Source of the DNA: Scenedesmus sp. PABB004
Lineage: Eukaryota
Length of the DNA stretch: 64,000 nt
Assembly: GCA_014905635.1 (NCBI GenBank)
Contig: JABVCE010000010.1
Location: forward strand, 434,001-498,000
Direction: 5' to 3'
Below the pieces are notes generated by a model. The model had not been told where the DNA came from. It was given only the letters and a program-made list of their open reading frames with translations, and did not search any database. Each line of letters begins with the position of its first letter. The first letter of the stretch is position 1. Of the stretch, positions 48,567 to 59,674 are shown in pieces. The position numbers and the translations under genes are program-made.

Positions 48567-48784
48567 CGAGTCGTCGTGGGCCGCGGAATCTGGCGGGCGC
48601 GGCGGCCGGGTGCGGGGCGCGCGTGCGTGAAAGGTTGGGACCACACAGCCGCTGCCGCAGCGGCACGACCCGCACCAGCGGAAGCGCGCTGGAGAGCGGC
48701 GCTCTGCGTGGCCGCGCCGCCAGCAGCAGCGCCGCCGACTGCGTGCGCCGGCGACCCGGGCATCTTCAAGCGTGCGGGAGCGGC

Positions 48785-50874
48785 ATGCTGCCGGCGCAGC
48801 GCCCGGCGGCGCGGCTGCGTGGCAGCGCGAGCAGCGGCGGCGCTCCGCTGCCGCGCCCGCGCCTTCTGCCGCGCCGCCGCTGGGCCGCGGCCGCGGGAGG
48901 CGAGCCGAATGGGCCGGAAGAGCCTGAGCAGCGCGCCAGCGGCGGCGCCAGTGGCGGCACCGGCGCCGGCAGCGGCGGCAGCGGCGATGCCGAGTCGATT
49001 GCCAAGCGTGTGCTGTCGGCGGGCGACGTGCGGCGCCTCCTGCCCACGGCGGAGCAGCAGGCCCGCCTCGTGGCCGCGATGGAGGAGAGCTCCTGGGACT
49101 CGGCGTACGCCGACCTGGGCGCCGCGATGCTGTCTGCCGGCGTGCAGGGCAGCCTCGCGCTGGGCGTGGGCTCGCTGCTCGGCGTCGACGTGCTGGCCAA
49201 CTGGCGGTGAGTAGTGCGCGCGGGCGCGCCAGCGCCGGCGCGGCGGCAGCCGGCCGGCGCGCTCACGCGCCCACGCGCTCACGCGCTCACGCGCCCACGC
49301 GCTCGCGCGCTCACGCGCTCACGCGCTCACGCGCCGCGCCGCGCGCCAGGTGGGATGCGGGCGACGTCGAAACCGGCGCGCTCTTCGCGCTCCCCGCCGT
49401 CGCGCTGGCGGCGGCGCTGACGGCGCTGCCGCTGCCCGGTACGCTTGCGGGCGGCGCGCTGACGGGCCCCGCCGGCAGCAGCGACAGCAGCAGCAGCGGC
49501 GGCGGCGACGGCGGCGGCGAGGCGCCCAACCCGGTGTATCGTAGCGTCAAGCGCATGGCGCGCAGCGCCCTGCTCTCCAGCCAGCTGCCCGTCAAGTGAG
49601 CGCGCTGCGCCAGGGCCGCGCCCCGCAGCGCGCTGCGCCCCGCACTCGCCGCCGCCGCGCACTCACCGCCGCGCCCCGCCCCTCTGCTGCTGTTGTCAGG
49701 ATCGAGGTGCCCCTGCGCCGCATCGCAGAGGGCTCGCCTAGCGCCGCGGTGCAGCCGCTCACGCAGCCGAGCTTGGGCGCAGCGCGGCGCGCGCTGGCCT
49801 GCCTGCAGGAGAGCTTGACGCAGCCGTGGAGCACCGACGTCACGCCGCAGGACGCAAAGGTGTGCCGGCCCTGCGCCCGGGCGCGCTGGGGCCCAGCGCC
49901 GCGCACCCGCCGCTCACCGCGCCGCCCCCGCCGCAGGTGCTGCGCGTGCTGCAGCACCTGCTGCAGCGGCTGACCACCGAAGTGGTCTGGCGGGGGCTCG
50001 TCGGCGCGTGCCTCGCGGGCGCCATCGCGGGCGGCTGGACGGCGGCGGGTGCGCCGCGCGTGCGCCGTGGGCAGGCCCCGCGTGAGGGGGGCCCGCCGCC
50101 ACCCCGCCCCGCTCACCGCGGCGCCGCGCGCGCGGGCGCGGCGCACGCGCGCAGCGGCGAGCCAGGGGTCGCCGTTCTTCTACGCGCGCCTCTTCGGCCT
50201 GCTGACCCCGCAGGCCGCGCTCGCGGCCGCGGCGGCGCTGCTGCTCGCCGGGCGGCTGCCGCTGCTGCTCGTCGCCGCGCGGCCGATGCAGCTCTTCACG
50301 CGCCTCAGCAGCATCGACGTCCGCATCGTCGGCCAGCTCACCGCGGACGACTGGCTCGTCAAGGTGCTGCCCGCGGGCGCGGAGGCGCCGCCGGCGGCGC
50401 GCGGCGGCGGCGGGGACGGCGGCGCCGGCGACGCGCGGCTGGGCGGCAAGTTTGGCGCGCTCGCGGCGGCCGCGGCGGCGGCGCGGCCCGACGGCGGCGG
50501 CGGGAGCGGCGGCGGGGCGGCGGGGCTGGAGCAGGCTGTGGAGCAGCCGGAGCGTGCGCTGCCGAGCCAGCAGGAGCTGGACCAGCAGCTGGCAGGGCTG
50601 CAGCTGTCGGCGGCGGCGTACTGCCGCCAGGGGGGCGGCGGCGAGTGGGACGCGGCGCGCGAGGCGCAAGGCGCCGAGCTGCTGGCGCAGCTGCTGGAGC
50701 TGGTGCGCGTGTCGGTCAGCGCCAGGGCCGCCGCCGGCGGCGGCGCTGCTCCCAAGCGCCGCGGCGAGCCGAGCGGACTGAGCGCCAAGGCGGCCGCCGT
50801 GCTGCAGCAGCTGCTGCGGCACCTCAACAGCCGCCGGGGGTCGCACTACATCTTGATCCACCTGGGCGAACGAC

Positions 50875-50927
<53 letters not shown>

Positions 50928-51655
50928 GACAGTGACGAGGAGGAGGGCGAGGACGCGGCGGAGGCAGAGGGGCAGGGGGCGGCGCGGCCCGCCGCCGACA
51001 AGGGCAAGCTGCCGGGCGCGGCGGTGGCAGCAGCCGCCGCCGCGCGCATCACGCGGCGCGAGCTGGCGGCCAAGGCCGCCGTCGCGGCGGCCAGCGGCGG
51101 CGGCGCCGGCGCGGGCGCCGCCACCGGCGGCGGCGGCGCGGACCTGCTGCTGGACGGCCTCACCGCGGAGGCGCTCGAGGGCATGTCCGACGGCGAGCGC
51201 CTGGTGCTGCTCAAGCGCCTGCTGGCGCGCCTCGCGCAGGTGCGGACGCGCTGCTGCGGGCGCCACCGGGCCGCCGGGTCATGTGCGCGCGCCGCGCTCA
51301 CGCCGACGCGCCCGCGCCGCCGGCGCGCTCACGCTGCCGCCGGCGCGCACAGGCCAACGTCTACGGTCGCGTCATGGGCGAGGCCTGGTGGGCGGCGGCG
51401 GAGGTGCCGACCGCGGAGGACGGCGTCGCGCGCGCGCTGCTGGTCGCCTACGCGCTGCTGAGCGAGCTCGCGCCCGCCGGCGCGTGGGTGTTCACCGGCG
51501 GGAACGTGGCGGCCGGCGCGGCTGCGAGCGGCGCGTTCTCCCTGCTCTCGCTCGCCCTCAGCGACGCGGCGAGCTCGCGCGCGCGGCGCTCCGTGCGCGC
51601 GGCGCTCGGGCCGGACTGGCTGCTGCAGCTGCTGCCGCTGCAGGGCGACAAGTGA
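48785..51655 (+). CDS. Hypothetical, probably plastid-targeted, membrane protein
   Basis: Consistent GT-AG exon chain, transit-peptide-like N-terminus, several hydrophobic segments; no recognised family. Confidence 0.6.
50876..50921. repeat. (AGC)n poly-Ser coding microsatellite
   Basis: Directly visible. Confidence 0.9.
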
Positions 51656-52167
51656 GCCGCTGCAGGGTGAAAAGTGAGCACCCATCTTGGCCGCGGCGTG
51701 ACGGCTGACTGACGGACGGCGGTGCGCACGCCAGAGCTGTGTGCAACTCCCGGCCCAGCTCACACGCCGCGGCATCCGCCCGTCGCGACGCCCCAGCCCG
51801 CTCGTGCTCTGCGCAGCAGGCGGAGAAGAGCAGCGCCCGCTGCTGCCGCCGCTCCTACTCTGGCGCCGCGCTGAGCGCAGCTGCCGCGGCGCGCGGGCGT
51901 GAAACTGCACCCACTCATTTCGGCGTCGCGCTTGAGACTGAGCGCGATCCCACCAGGCACGCGCGGACGGGCGACCAGCGCTGGGCGCATCTGCGTCCAG
52001 CTCCCTGCTGCGCTCAAGGCCCGACCACAGGCGCGCTGCTCCGTGGGTCGCGCTGGGCGCACACTGCATTGAGAAGACGCCACTCGCCGAGCAGCGCCGC
52101 GCCGCGCCGCGCCGCGCCGCGCCGCGCCGCGACGCACCACCGCGCACCGCCGCGCACCGCCGCAGGC

Positions 52168-53105
52168 ATGGGCATGATCGCGCTGGCAGCGTGCCTGCTG
52201 CTCGCGGGGGCGGCGCCAGCGCTGTCGCAGCAGCCGTGTGCCTGCCCCAGGACGTACGCGCCCGTGTGCGCGGGCGGGCGGACGCTGCCCAACGCCTGCG
52301 AGGCCACGTGCCGAGGCTACGCGGCGTTCGCGCGCGGCCCCTGCGGCGCGCCGGGCGCCACGCCCCCTGCGCTCGCGGCGACGACCGCGGCGCCGCAGCA
52401 GTCGGCGCCGCAGCAGGCGGCACCCTGCGCGTGCGCGCGGGCGTTTGACCCGGTCTGCGGCGCGAACGGCGCACTGTTCGCCAACCCTTGCCTCGCGGCG
52501 TGCGCCGGCGTGGCCGTATCCGCCGCGCGGCCCGTCGGCGGCACGTGCGGCTACCTGGTCCGCGCGCCCCCGGCGGGCCAGGCGACGGCCCCAGCGCGGG
52601 CACCGCCGGCGGCGGCGCCGGCGCGCGGCCAGCCGGCGGCGCAGGCGCTCGGCGCGCGCCCCGGCCCGGCCCCGCCGCGCTGCCGTCGTCGGCGGCGCTG
52701 CTGTGCCCGCGCTGCCGGCTGCTGCTCCCCGTCTGCAGCGACGGCGAGACGCTCGCCAGCGCGTGCGTGGCGCGCTGCCTCGGCCGGCGCATCACGCACC
52801 TGGGGCGCTGCCGGGGCGACACCGGCGCGGGCCTCGGCCTCGCGCTGCCGGGCGTCGGCGCGCCGGCGCCGCCGGCGGTGCTGCCGCCGCCGGCCCGGCT
52901 GCCGCCGCCTGCGCTGGTGCCGCCGCCGCGCGGCCCGGCGCCCGCGGAGAAGCTGCCGCCCCCGACCGGCGGCGGCGGCGGCGGCGAGGCGCGCGAGGGC
53001 TGCGCGTGCCCCATGGTCTACGCGCCCGTGTGCGCCGGCGGGCGCACGTTCTCCAACGCCTGCGTCGCGCGCTGCGCCGGCGTTGTGGGTGCGGGCTCGT
53101 GCTGA
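52168..53105 (+). CDS. Secreted Kazal-type protease inhibitor, 4 domains (apparent -1 indel at ~52672)
   Basis: Signal peptide; CACPRTYAPVCAGGRTLPNAC, CACARAFDPVCGANG.LFANPC, LPVCSDGETLASAC, CACPMVYAPVCAGGRTFSNAC. Confidence 0.85.
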
Positions 53106-53613
53106 GACCGGCGCCGCCCGCTGCGCCGGCGTGGCGGGGGCGGTCGGCTCGTGCTGAGACCCGGCGGCGCTGCGCCGCGGTTAAATCGCCGCTCGCCGTC
53201 CCGCGCGCAGCCTCCAGAGTTGCACGCCCGGGCTGTCAAGCACCGCCGCGGACGCGGAACAGCCGGGCCAGGCTCGGCGGACCGGAGCCCGCGCGACTGC
53301 ACTGGGCGCCGTCGCGTACAGCCTCCGTCGCCCGCGTGTCGCGCTTCGTGATCATTCCGCGCCGCAGCTGCAGCGAGCGACCGCGCAGGCGCGGTCGGGA
53401 GCCCTGCTGCCGCGCCTGGCTGTGCCCGCCTCTCACCGGCGAGCTGCGCACGGGCCGCTCGTCGCCGGAGCGGTCCCCGGCCCCGATCCCGCGCGGGGGC
53501 AGCAGCAGCAGCAGCAGCAGCAGCTGCAGCGGCAGCAGCAGCACATGCCCTCCCGGCGCGCGTGAGGCCCCCCGCTCCACAGGGCGCCGCGCAACTGCCG
53601 CCCCGGGCGGCGC

Positions 53614-55124
53614 ATGACCGTGTCGGCGGTGGAGCCGGGCGGCGGCGTGCGGCGCGGCGGCGGCGCGATGCAGCAGCTGGTGCCGCCGTCGCTCGCGGCC
53701 GCGGTGGCGGCGCACAAGGTCCCGCTGATCCTGCTGTACTACGGCCTCTGCTCCAGCTCGCTCATCGTGATCAACAAGGTCGCGGTGCACAGCCTGAAGG
53801 CCCCGGTGTTCATCCTGGTGGTGCAGCTGCTCTTCGCGGCGAGCGCGGTCAAGGGCCTCGCGACCGCGGGCGTGCTCGAGGCCGAGCCGCTGCAGTGGCG
53901 CCTCGTGCGGCCCTTCATGCTCATCGTGCTCGGCTTCCTAGGCACGCTCTTCGGTGCGTGCGTGCCGGCGGCAGTGGCGGCGCCGGGCGGCGCGCGCGCG
54001 CGGCGGCAGGCGAGAGTGGGCCCGCCGCCCTCCGCGCGCGCCCCCACTCCACGCGCCGCCCCGCTCGCCTCCCCTCCCCTCGTCCCACGTGCCGCCGCGC
54101 CCGCCCCGCCGCGCCCCGCGCGCCTCACATAGCCAACATCAAGGTCCTCGTCTTCTCCAACGTCGAGACGTTCATCACCTTTCGCAGCAGCACGCCGCTC
54201 GTGCTGAGCCTCTTTGACTGGCTCTTCCTCGGCCGCGAGCTCCCCGGCGGCCGCAGCGTCGCGAGCTGCGTGCTGCTCCTCGTCTCCTGCGCCGGGTATA
54301 CGTACTACGACCAGGCGCGCCGCGCCGCGCCGCGCGCGCGCCCCGCCGGCCGGCCGGGCGGCGCGCGGCGGGCGGCGGGTCGCGGGCGGGGCCCTGCGGC
54401 GGGCGGCGCAGCGCCGACGCGCCGCGCCGCCGCGCCGCCGCCGCCGCCGCTGCCGTGCAGGGCTTCCGGCTCGCCGCGTACACGTGGCTGTGCGTGTGGT
54501 ACTGCTTCTTCCTGTTTGAGGCGTGCTACGTGAAGCACGTGTGCGACACCGTGCCGATGACCAACTGGGGCCGCGTGTACTACACCAACCTGCTCTCCGC
54601 GGCCCTCCTCGCCGCCGTGTTCCCGCTCTGCGCCGCCGAGCACGCGGTGCTGCGCGCGTACAGCTTCAGCGCGGGCCAGACCGCGCTGCTCGCGCTCTCC
54701 TGCTGCGTCGGCATCTGCATGAGCCACGCGGGTGCGCCGCGGCGCGGCGCGGCGCGGCGCACGAGGCGGCCGGCGCGGCGCGCCGCTGAGCTCCGCCCGC
54801 GCGCCTGCCCGCGTGCCAGGCTACCTGATGCGCTCCAACGTGTCGGCGACCGCGGGCGTGGTCGTGGGCGTGGTGTGCAAGCTCGGCAGCGTGCTGCTCA
54901 ACCTGCTGATCTGGGACCAACACGCGTCGCCCATCCAGCTCTGCTTCCTCGGCCTCGGCCTCGCCGGCGGCAGCCTGTTCCAGCAGGCGCCGCTGCGCGC
55001 ACGCGCCGCGCCGCCCAAGCCGCCGTCGGCGGAGCTCGGCGGCCGCGGCGCGGGCCACGCGGAGGGAGAGGCGCTGCTGGCAAAGCGGGCGGGGAGCGCG
55101 GACCCGCTGAAGTCGGTGGTGTGA
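53614..55124 (+). CDS. Golgi GDP-sugar transporter (GONST3/4-like)
   Basis: YGLCSSSLIVINKVAV, SNVETFITFRSSTPL, WGRVYYTNLL, VSATAGVVVGVVCKLGSVLLNLLIWDQHAS. Confidence 0.88.
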
Positions 55125-55627
55125 GCGGGGGCGGGCGGGGCGGAGCGCGGCGGGGCGGACAAGCCGGCAGCAGCGCGCTGCGCGCCTCGATTGACTGACC
55201 CGAGCTGGCGAAGAACCGTGATCCCGGCGCGCCGCCGCGTGCGGCGGCGCGCGCCAATTCTGGAACGGAGCAAGCATGCCTGGGCGACGAGCGTGATCGG
55301 CGGCGGCGGCGGCGGCGGCACAGCCTGGGGGCAGGGCACTGCGAGGGGGCAAGGGTGCGCGCGGCGCTGGGTGGGTATCGGGGTGACGGCGTTCTCGAGG
55401 TGAAGCGCGCCGTCGGTGACGGGCGTCCCGCAACCCGCCTGGCCTGACCGCCCCTCGTCCCGACGCGCTGCGCCATCCCTCAGCCCGCCGCGCCCAGCGC
55501 CGCAGCCCTCTCGCACTCGCGCAGCTCGCCCAGCCGTGCAGCGCTGCTCTCCGTTCGACGACCGCCGCGACCAGTGCCGCGCCGCGCACCACCCACCCTC
55601 CTCACCCTCGCATCCTCGCACTGCAGC

Positions 55628-56977
55628 ATGCTCCTAGCATCCGCCCCGACGCGGCGGCCAGCGGCAGCGCCCTGCGGCCCGCGGCGCAGGGCAGCGGCCG
55701 GCGTGCACGCCGCGGCCGCCGCGCCTGCAGGCCGCCCGCACCTCGCCGAGCGCGCTGCGCAGCGCGGCAGGCTGCGCCTGTTTCTGGACAGTGCTGACGT
55801 GGTGAGCAACAGAGCCGGGACGCGCGAACCGCTGCGCTGTCGGCTGCGCGGCGTCTGAGCGCCCCTGACTCTGCGCGACCGACCAGGCGGCCTGGGAGCG
55901 GCTGCAAACGGGCCAGTTCCATGGCTTCACCACCAACCCCACGATCCTTGAGCGCGACGCCGTGCCCTGCACCTTGCCAGCGATCTCCGGCCTGGTGTCC
56001 GCGGTGATGCGCGCGCAGCGGCCCCGGCGCCCGCCGCGCCGCAGCGCGGCGGCGAGCGCCGCCGCCGACCCGACGACGCGCGCGCTGCGCAGGCGCGCGC
56101 GCTGCAGGCGCGCGAGCTGCAGGTCCAGGCGTGGGGCGGCTCGGCGCAGGCGCTGGAGGCGCAGGCGCGCCGCGTCCTCGACCTCGACCCGACGCTCATC
56201 ACGGTGCGGCTCCGCCGCGCACGCGCGCTGCCCCGCGCCGCGCTGCCGCCCGCGCGCTCCCGGCACGCACGCGCGCGCGCGCGCTGCACGCGCTGCACGC
56301 GCTGCACGCAGATCAAGCTGCCGTGCACGCCCGACGGGCTGGCCGCCGCGTCGGCGCTCGCCGCGCGCAGCGCGGGCGTGAGCCTCACCATGACGGGTGC
56401 GCGGCCGCGGCGCCGCGGCGCGGCGGCGCCTGCTGCGCCAGCCAGCCAACGGCCGCGCCTGCTGCGCGGGGCAGCCGACGGCCGCGCGCCCCCGCCGCGG
56501 CGCACAGGCGTTTACGCCCCAGCCCAGGTCCTGCAAGCCATCGCCGTCGGCGCCGATTATGCCGCGCCGTACCTTGGACGAATGTCCGACGCAAACGCGC
56601 CGCTACTGGCCGCGAGCAGCCGCCGCCTCGCGTTTGCCGCCGCGCCGCCCGCGCCCATGCAGGCGGTGGGTGCGCGGGCGCGGCCGGCGCGCCGGGCGGC
56701 CAGCGGCCGCGCGCGCGCGCGCGACGCGGGCGCGCTGCGACCCCGCCCGCAGGCGCTGGAGGCCGTCCTGGCGATGCAGGGAATGGTCGCCGCGTCCGGC
56801 TCGAGCCTGCGCATCCTCGTCGCCAGCATCCGCGCACCCGAGCAGATGGCGTTCCTGGCGGCGCACGGCTGCGACACGTTCACATTCTCGCCGGCCGTGG
56901 CCGGCGCGCTCACCCCGCCCGCGACCCTGGCGGCCGCGGAGGATTTTGAGGCGGCCGCGGCGCGCAACCAGGGCTGA
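55628..56977 (+). CDS. Transaldolase / fructose-6-phosphate aldolase (short FSA/TalC type) with transit peptide
   Basis: LFLDSAD, GFTTNPTIL, IKLPCT (Schiff-base Lys), GADYAAPYLGRM, ILVASIR, GCDTFT. Confidence 0.88.
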
Positions 56978-58218
56978 CGCGGCGGCGGGCCCGGGGCTGG
57001 CTGCGGGGCGGGGTGGGGGGCCAGAGCGCTGCGCCGCCGCAGTAACACACACCGCCAAAGGCCCGCCCTAGGGCCTGCGCACCACACGCGTCTGCCGCCC
57101 CCCCCCCCCCGCCCGCCCGCCCGCCGACAGTCCCCGGTCACCAGTCACCGCAGACTCCCACACTGCACCCACACAGACAGACAGACGCACAGACGCACAC
57201 AAACACACGAACACACAGACACATGTCTGTGACAGACAAACGCACGTGTGTCACGCCAGAAAACTCGCCTCCCACCACACGCCCGAGCGCATGCAGCGCA
57301 CACCACCGTGCTGGGTCGCCGCTTGCCAGGTCGTCGGCACGTCATTGCGGGCCGCCCCGCCCAGCCCGCCCAGCCCCACCACTCCCGACGACACACGCAT
57401 GCGATGCGACGACGCGCCCAGCAGTTTGTGTGTCTGTGCGGCCCTGAACAGTACTTTGGCGGCCAGCCATTGAAGGGCGGGGTGCGTTTGTATGCGGGTT
57501 GTTGGGGTGATATGGGGTGATGCGACGGCTGGCTGGAGTGCTTGTCAGACCTGACCATGCGCGCGCCGCGTCGCGCCGTGCACAAACCGGGCGGCCCGCC
57601 GAGGCCGCAGCACGTATACGCGATACGTACGTATCGCCGCTGAGCGCACTGGCCGCGCCCTGGAAAGAAAAAGACCATCGATGCCACTGCACAGGCGGCG
57701 GCGCAGTGAGGGAACGCGGCACACAGCAAAAGATGAAGAGGCGGTCAAAGGAATACAAACTAATAGGAAGGCGCTCGGCCTGACTCGCTGTGCACGCGCA
57801 CTCGCGCGCTGCGGCGGCGCCGCCACGCGCACGCGGGCGAGCAGCCGCGCGCCGGGGCGACCGGCGCCGCCGCGGAGGCCGACTGAAGGGCCGCCCACCC
57901 GCGGCCGCCGACGCGCGCCAGCAACGACGCGGGGCCGTGCACACACGCTGCCGCTCCTGCTAGTGTCAAGCGTGCCGCGCGTTGCCGGCGGTCAATGCGT
58001 GCATCCCTGCTGCCACCCCTCCGCACTCCCACCGCCAGGGGCTGATGTCGCTTCTATCGGGCGGCCAGCAGGCACGGCGCGCCCTGCCCGCACGCACACA
58101 GACGCACGAGCGCGCACGCGCGCGCGCGGCGACCTGCGGTGCGGTCAGGCAATGGTCTGTCGCGCGCGGGCGCGCCCAGCGCGCGGCACGCCCAGCGGGG
58201 ATCCGCTCCCCGGCCGCC

Positions 58219-58856
58219 CTAGCAGTCGCTCGGGAACGCGCCGTGGGCCGCGCCCCGGTCGCCCTCGCAGCTGCTCAGGCGGGACGAGGCGTGCCGCGGG
58301 CGCCCCTCGCGAGCGGCGCGCGCCGCCCACGTGTGCAGCGCCGCGCTCGGCTCTTCCCAGGGGGCCGCCGCGGGGGCGACGAGGCGCGCGCAGCCGGGGC
58401 TGCTGGAGGCGCAGCCGGCGCCGGCGCCGGCCGCCTCGCTGCGCGTGGCCACGGGCAGGACTCTCCACGCCACCGGCGCGTCCTCGGGGGGAAACAGCAC
58501 CTCGCCCATCGGCAGCTTGCCCTCCTTGAGCAGTGCATAATCGGCGCTGTCAAAGTACGCGTTCTGGGGAAGAAGCAGCGCGCGCGCGGCGTGGCGCAGC
58601 GGCGGTCAGCGGCTGGTGAAGAAGCCGCGCGCGCGCGGCGCGGCGCAGGCGGTCAGCGGCCGCGCGACTGGAGCTGACGGCGACCGGCGCATCGCGGGGC
58701 ACAGGCGGGGCCGCCTGCGGGCCGGTCGGCGCCGGCGCAGCGGCGCAGCTTCCGGTGGCGCACCCGCTTCGCCAGGCCCGTCCGCTTGACCAGGCCGCCG
58801 TAGCTGGGCGCCCGATCGATGGAGACGGACGTGGACATCGGCAGCAGGAAGGCCAT
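58219..58856 (-). CDS. Endosulfine/ARPP-19 (Igo1/2) family protein, 2 exons (58856-58764, 58563-58219)
   Basis: The spliced product reads YGGLVKRTGLAKR|NAYFDSADYAL, containing the FDSAD Greatwall phospho-site; canonical GT-AG phase-0 intron. Confidence 0.85.
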
Positions 58857-59674
58857 GGCCGCTCGTGCGCTCTTCAGGAAGGAAGGCGCTGCTTTGACCC
58901 GCCTCTAGGTGCTTCCGCCGTGCCTAACTGCCAGCTGCGCGCGCGGGGTCGTGCGTTTGTTGTGGAGTGGGAGCCGGCCGTGGCTGCGCGGGCAAGGCGG
59001 CTGTGCGTCTGGCATGTTCCGTCGTCGCTGAACCGCGGCGGCGGGGCGGGGTTTTGGTTCAAGGCGCCCGTCGCGCACACAGCGGGCGCTCCGCCCCAGG
59101 CGCGCGCACCGCGGGCGACGGCCCGCGCGCGCCGCCCCTTTTCGTCGTCGTCGTCGTCGTCGTCCGCCAGCGCGCCCCCACACACACGCGCATAATGTAC
59201 ACGCGCCGCGGGCGCCGGGCCACGGCGTGCACGCGCGCCCGCGGCGCAAGCAAAGTACAGACAGCAGCAGAGGGCGTGCGGCGCGCTCGTACTGGTACAC
59301 AGAGGCGGGTCGGTAGTACAGGGTGAGGGAGCACACGGCGACACTAAACACACAACAGCAAGGTACAGCCCCCCCGGCGGGCGTGGGGCGTCAAAGGCAG
59401 TGCCGCGCATGACAATGGAAGCGGCGCGCGCCGCTCGCTGGCGCGGCGCGGTGATGCGCTGCCGCCGCGGGACAAGTGCTGGTGAGGTGGGGCGTGCGTT
59501 GACGCACACGTCAGAGCCGGCCAGCCGCCGCGCGGGCGGCGTGGCACGGGCGTCGTCTCTTGCGCGCCGCGCGCGCGGCGCCAGGCGCGACAGGATCCCT
59601 CCCCCCGCCCCGCTCCCCGCCCCCCGCCCCCGGCCAGCCCGCCGGTCTCCCGCGCCGCCGCTCGGGGGCGCTGC

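Noticed and set aside
57620..57637. Perfect 18-bp palindrome GCGATACGTACGTATCGC and nearby CA/GA-rich simple sequence
   Set aside because: Isolated, loopless, in a low-complexity convergent 3' region; no functional context
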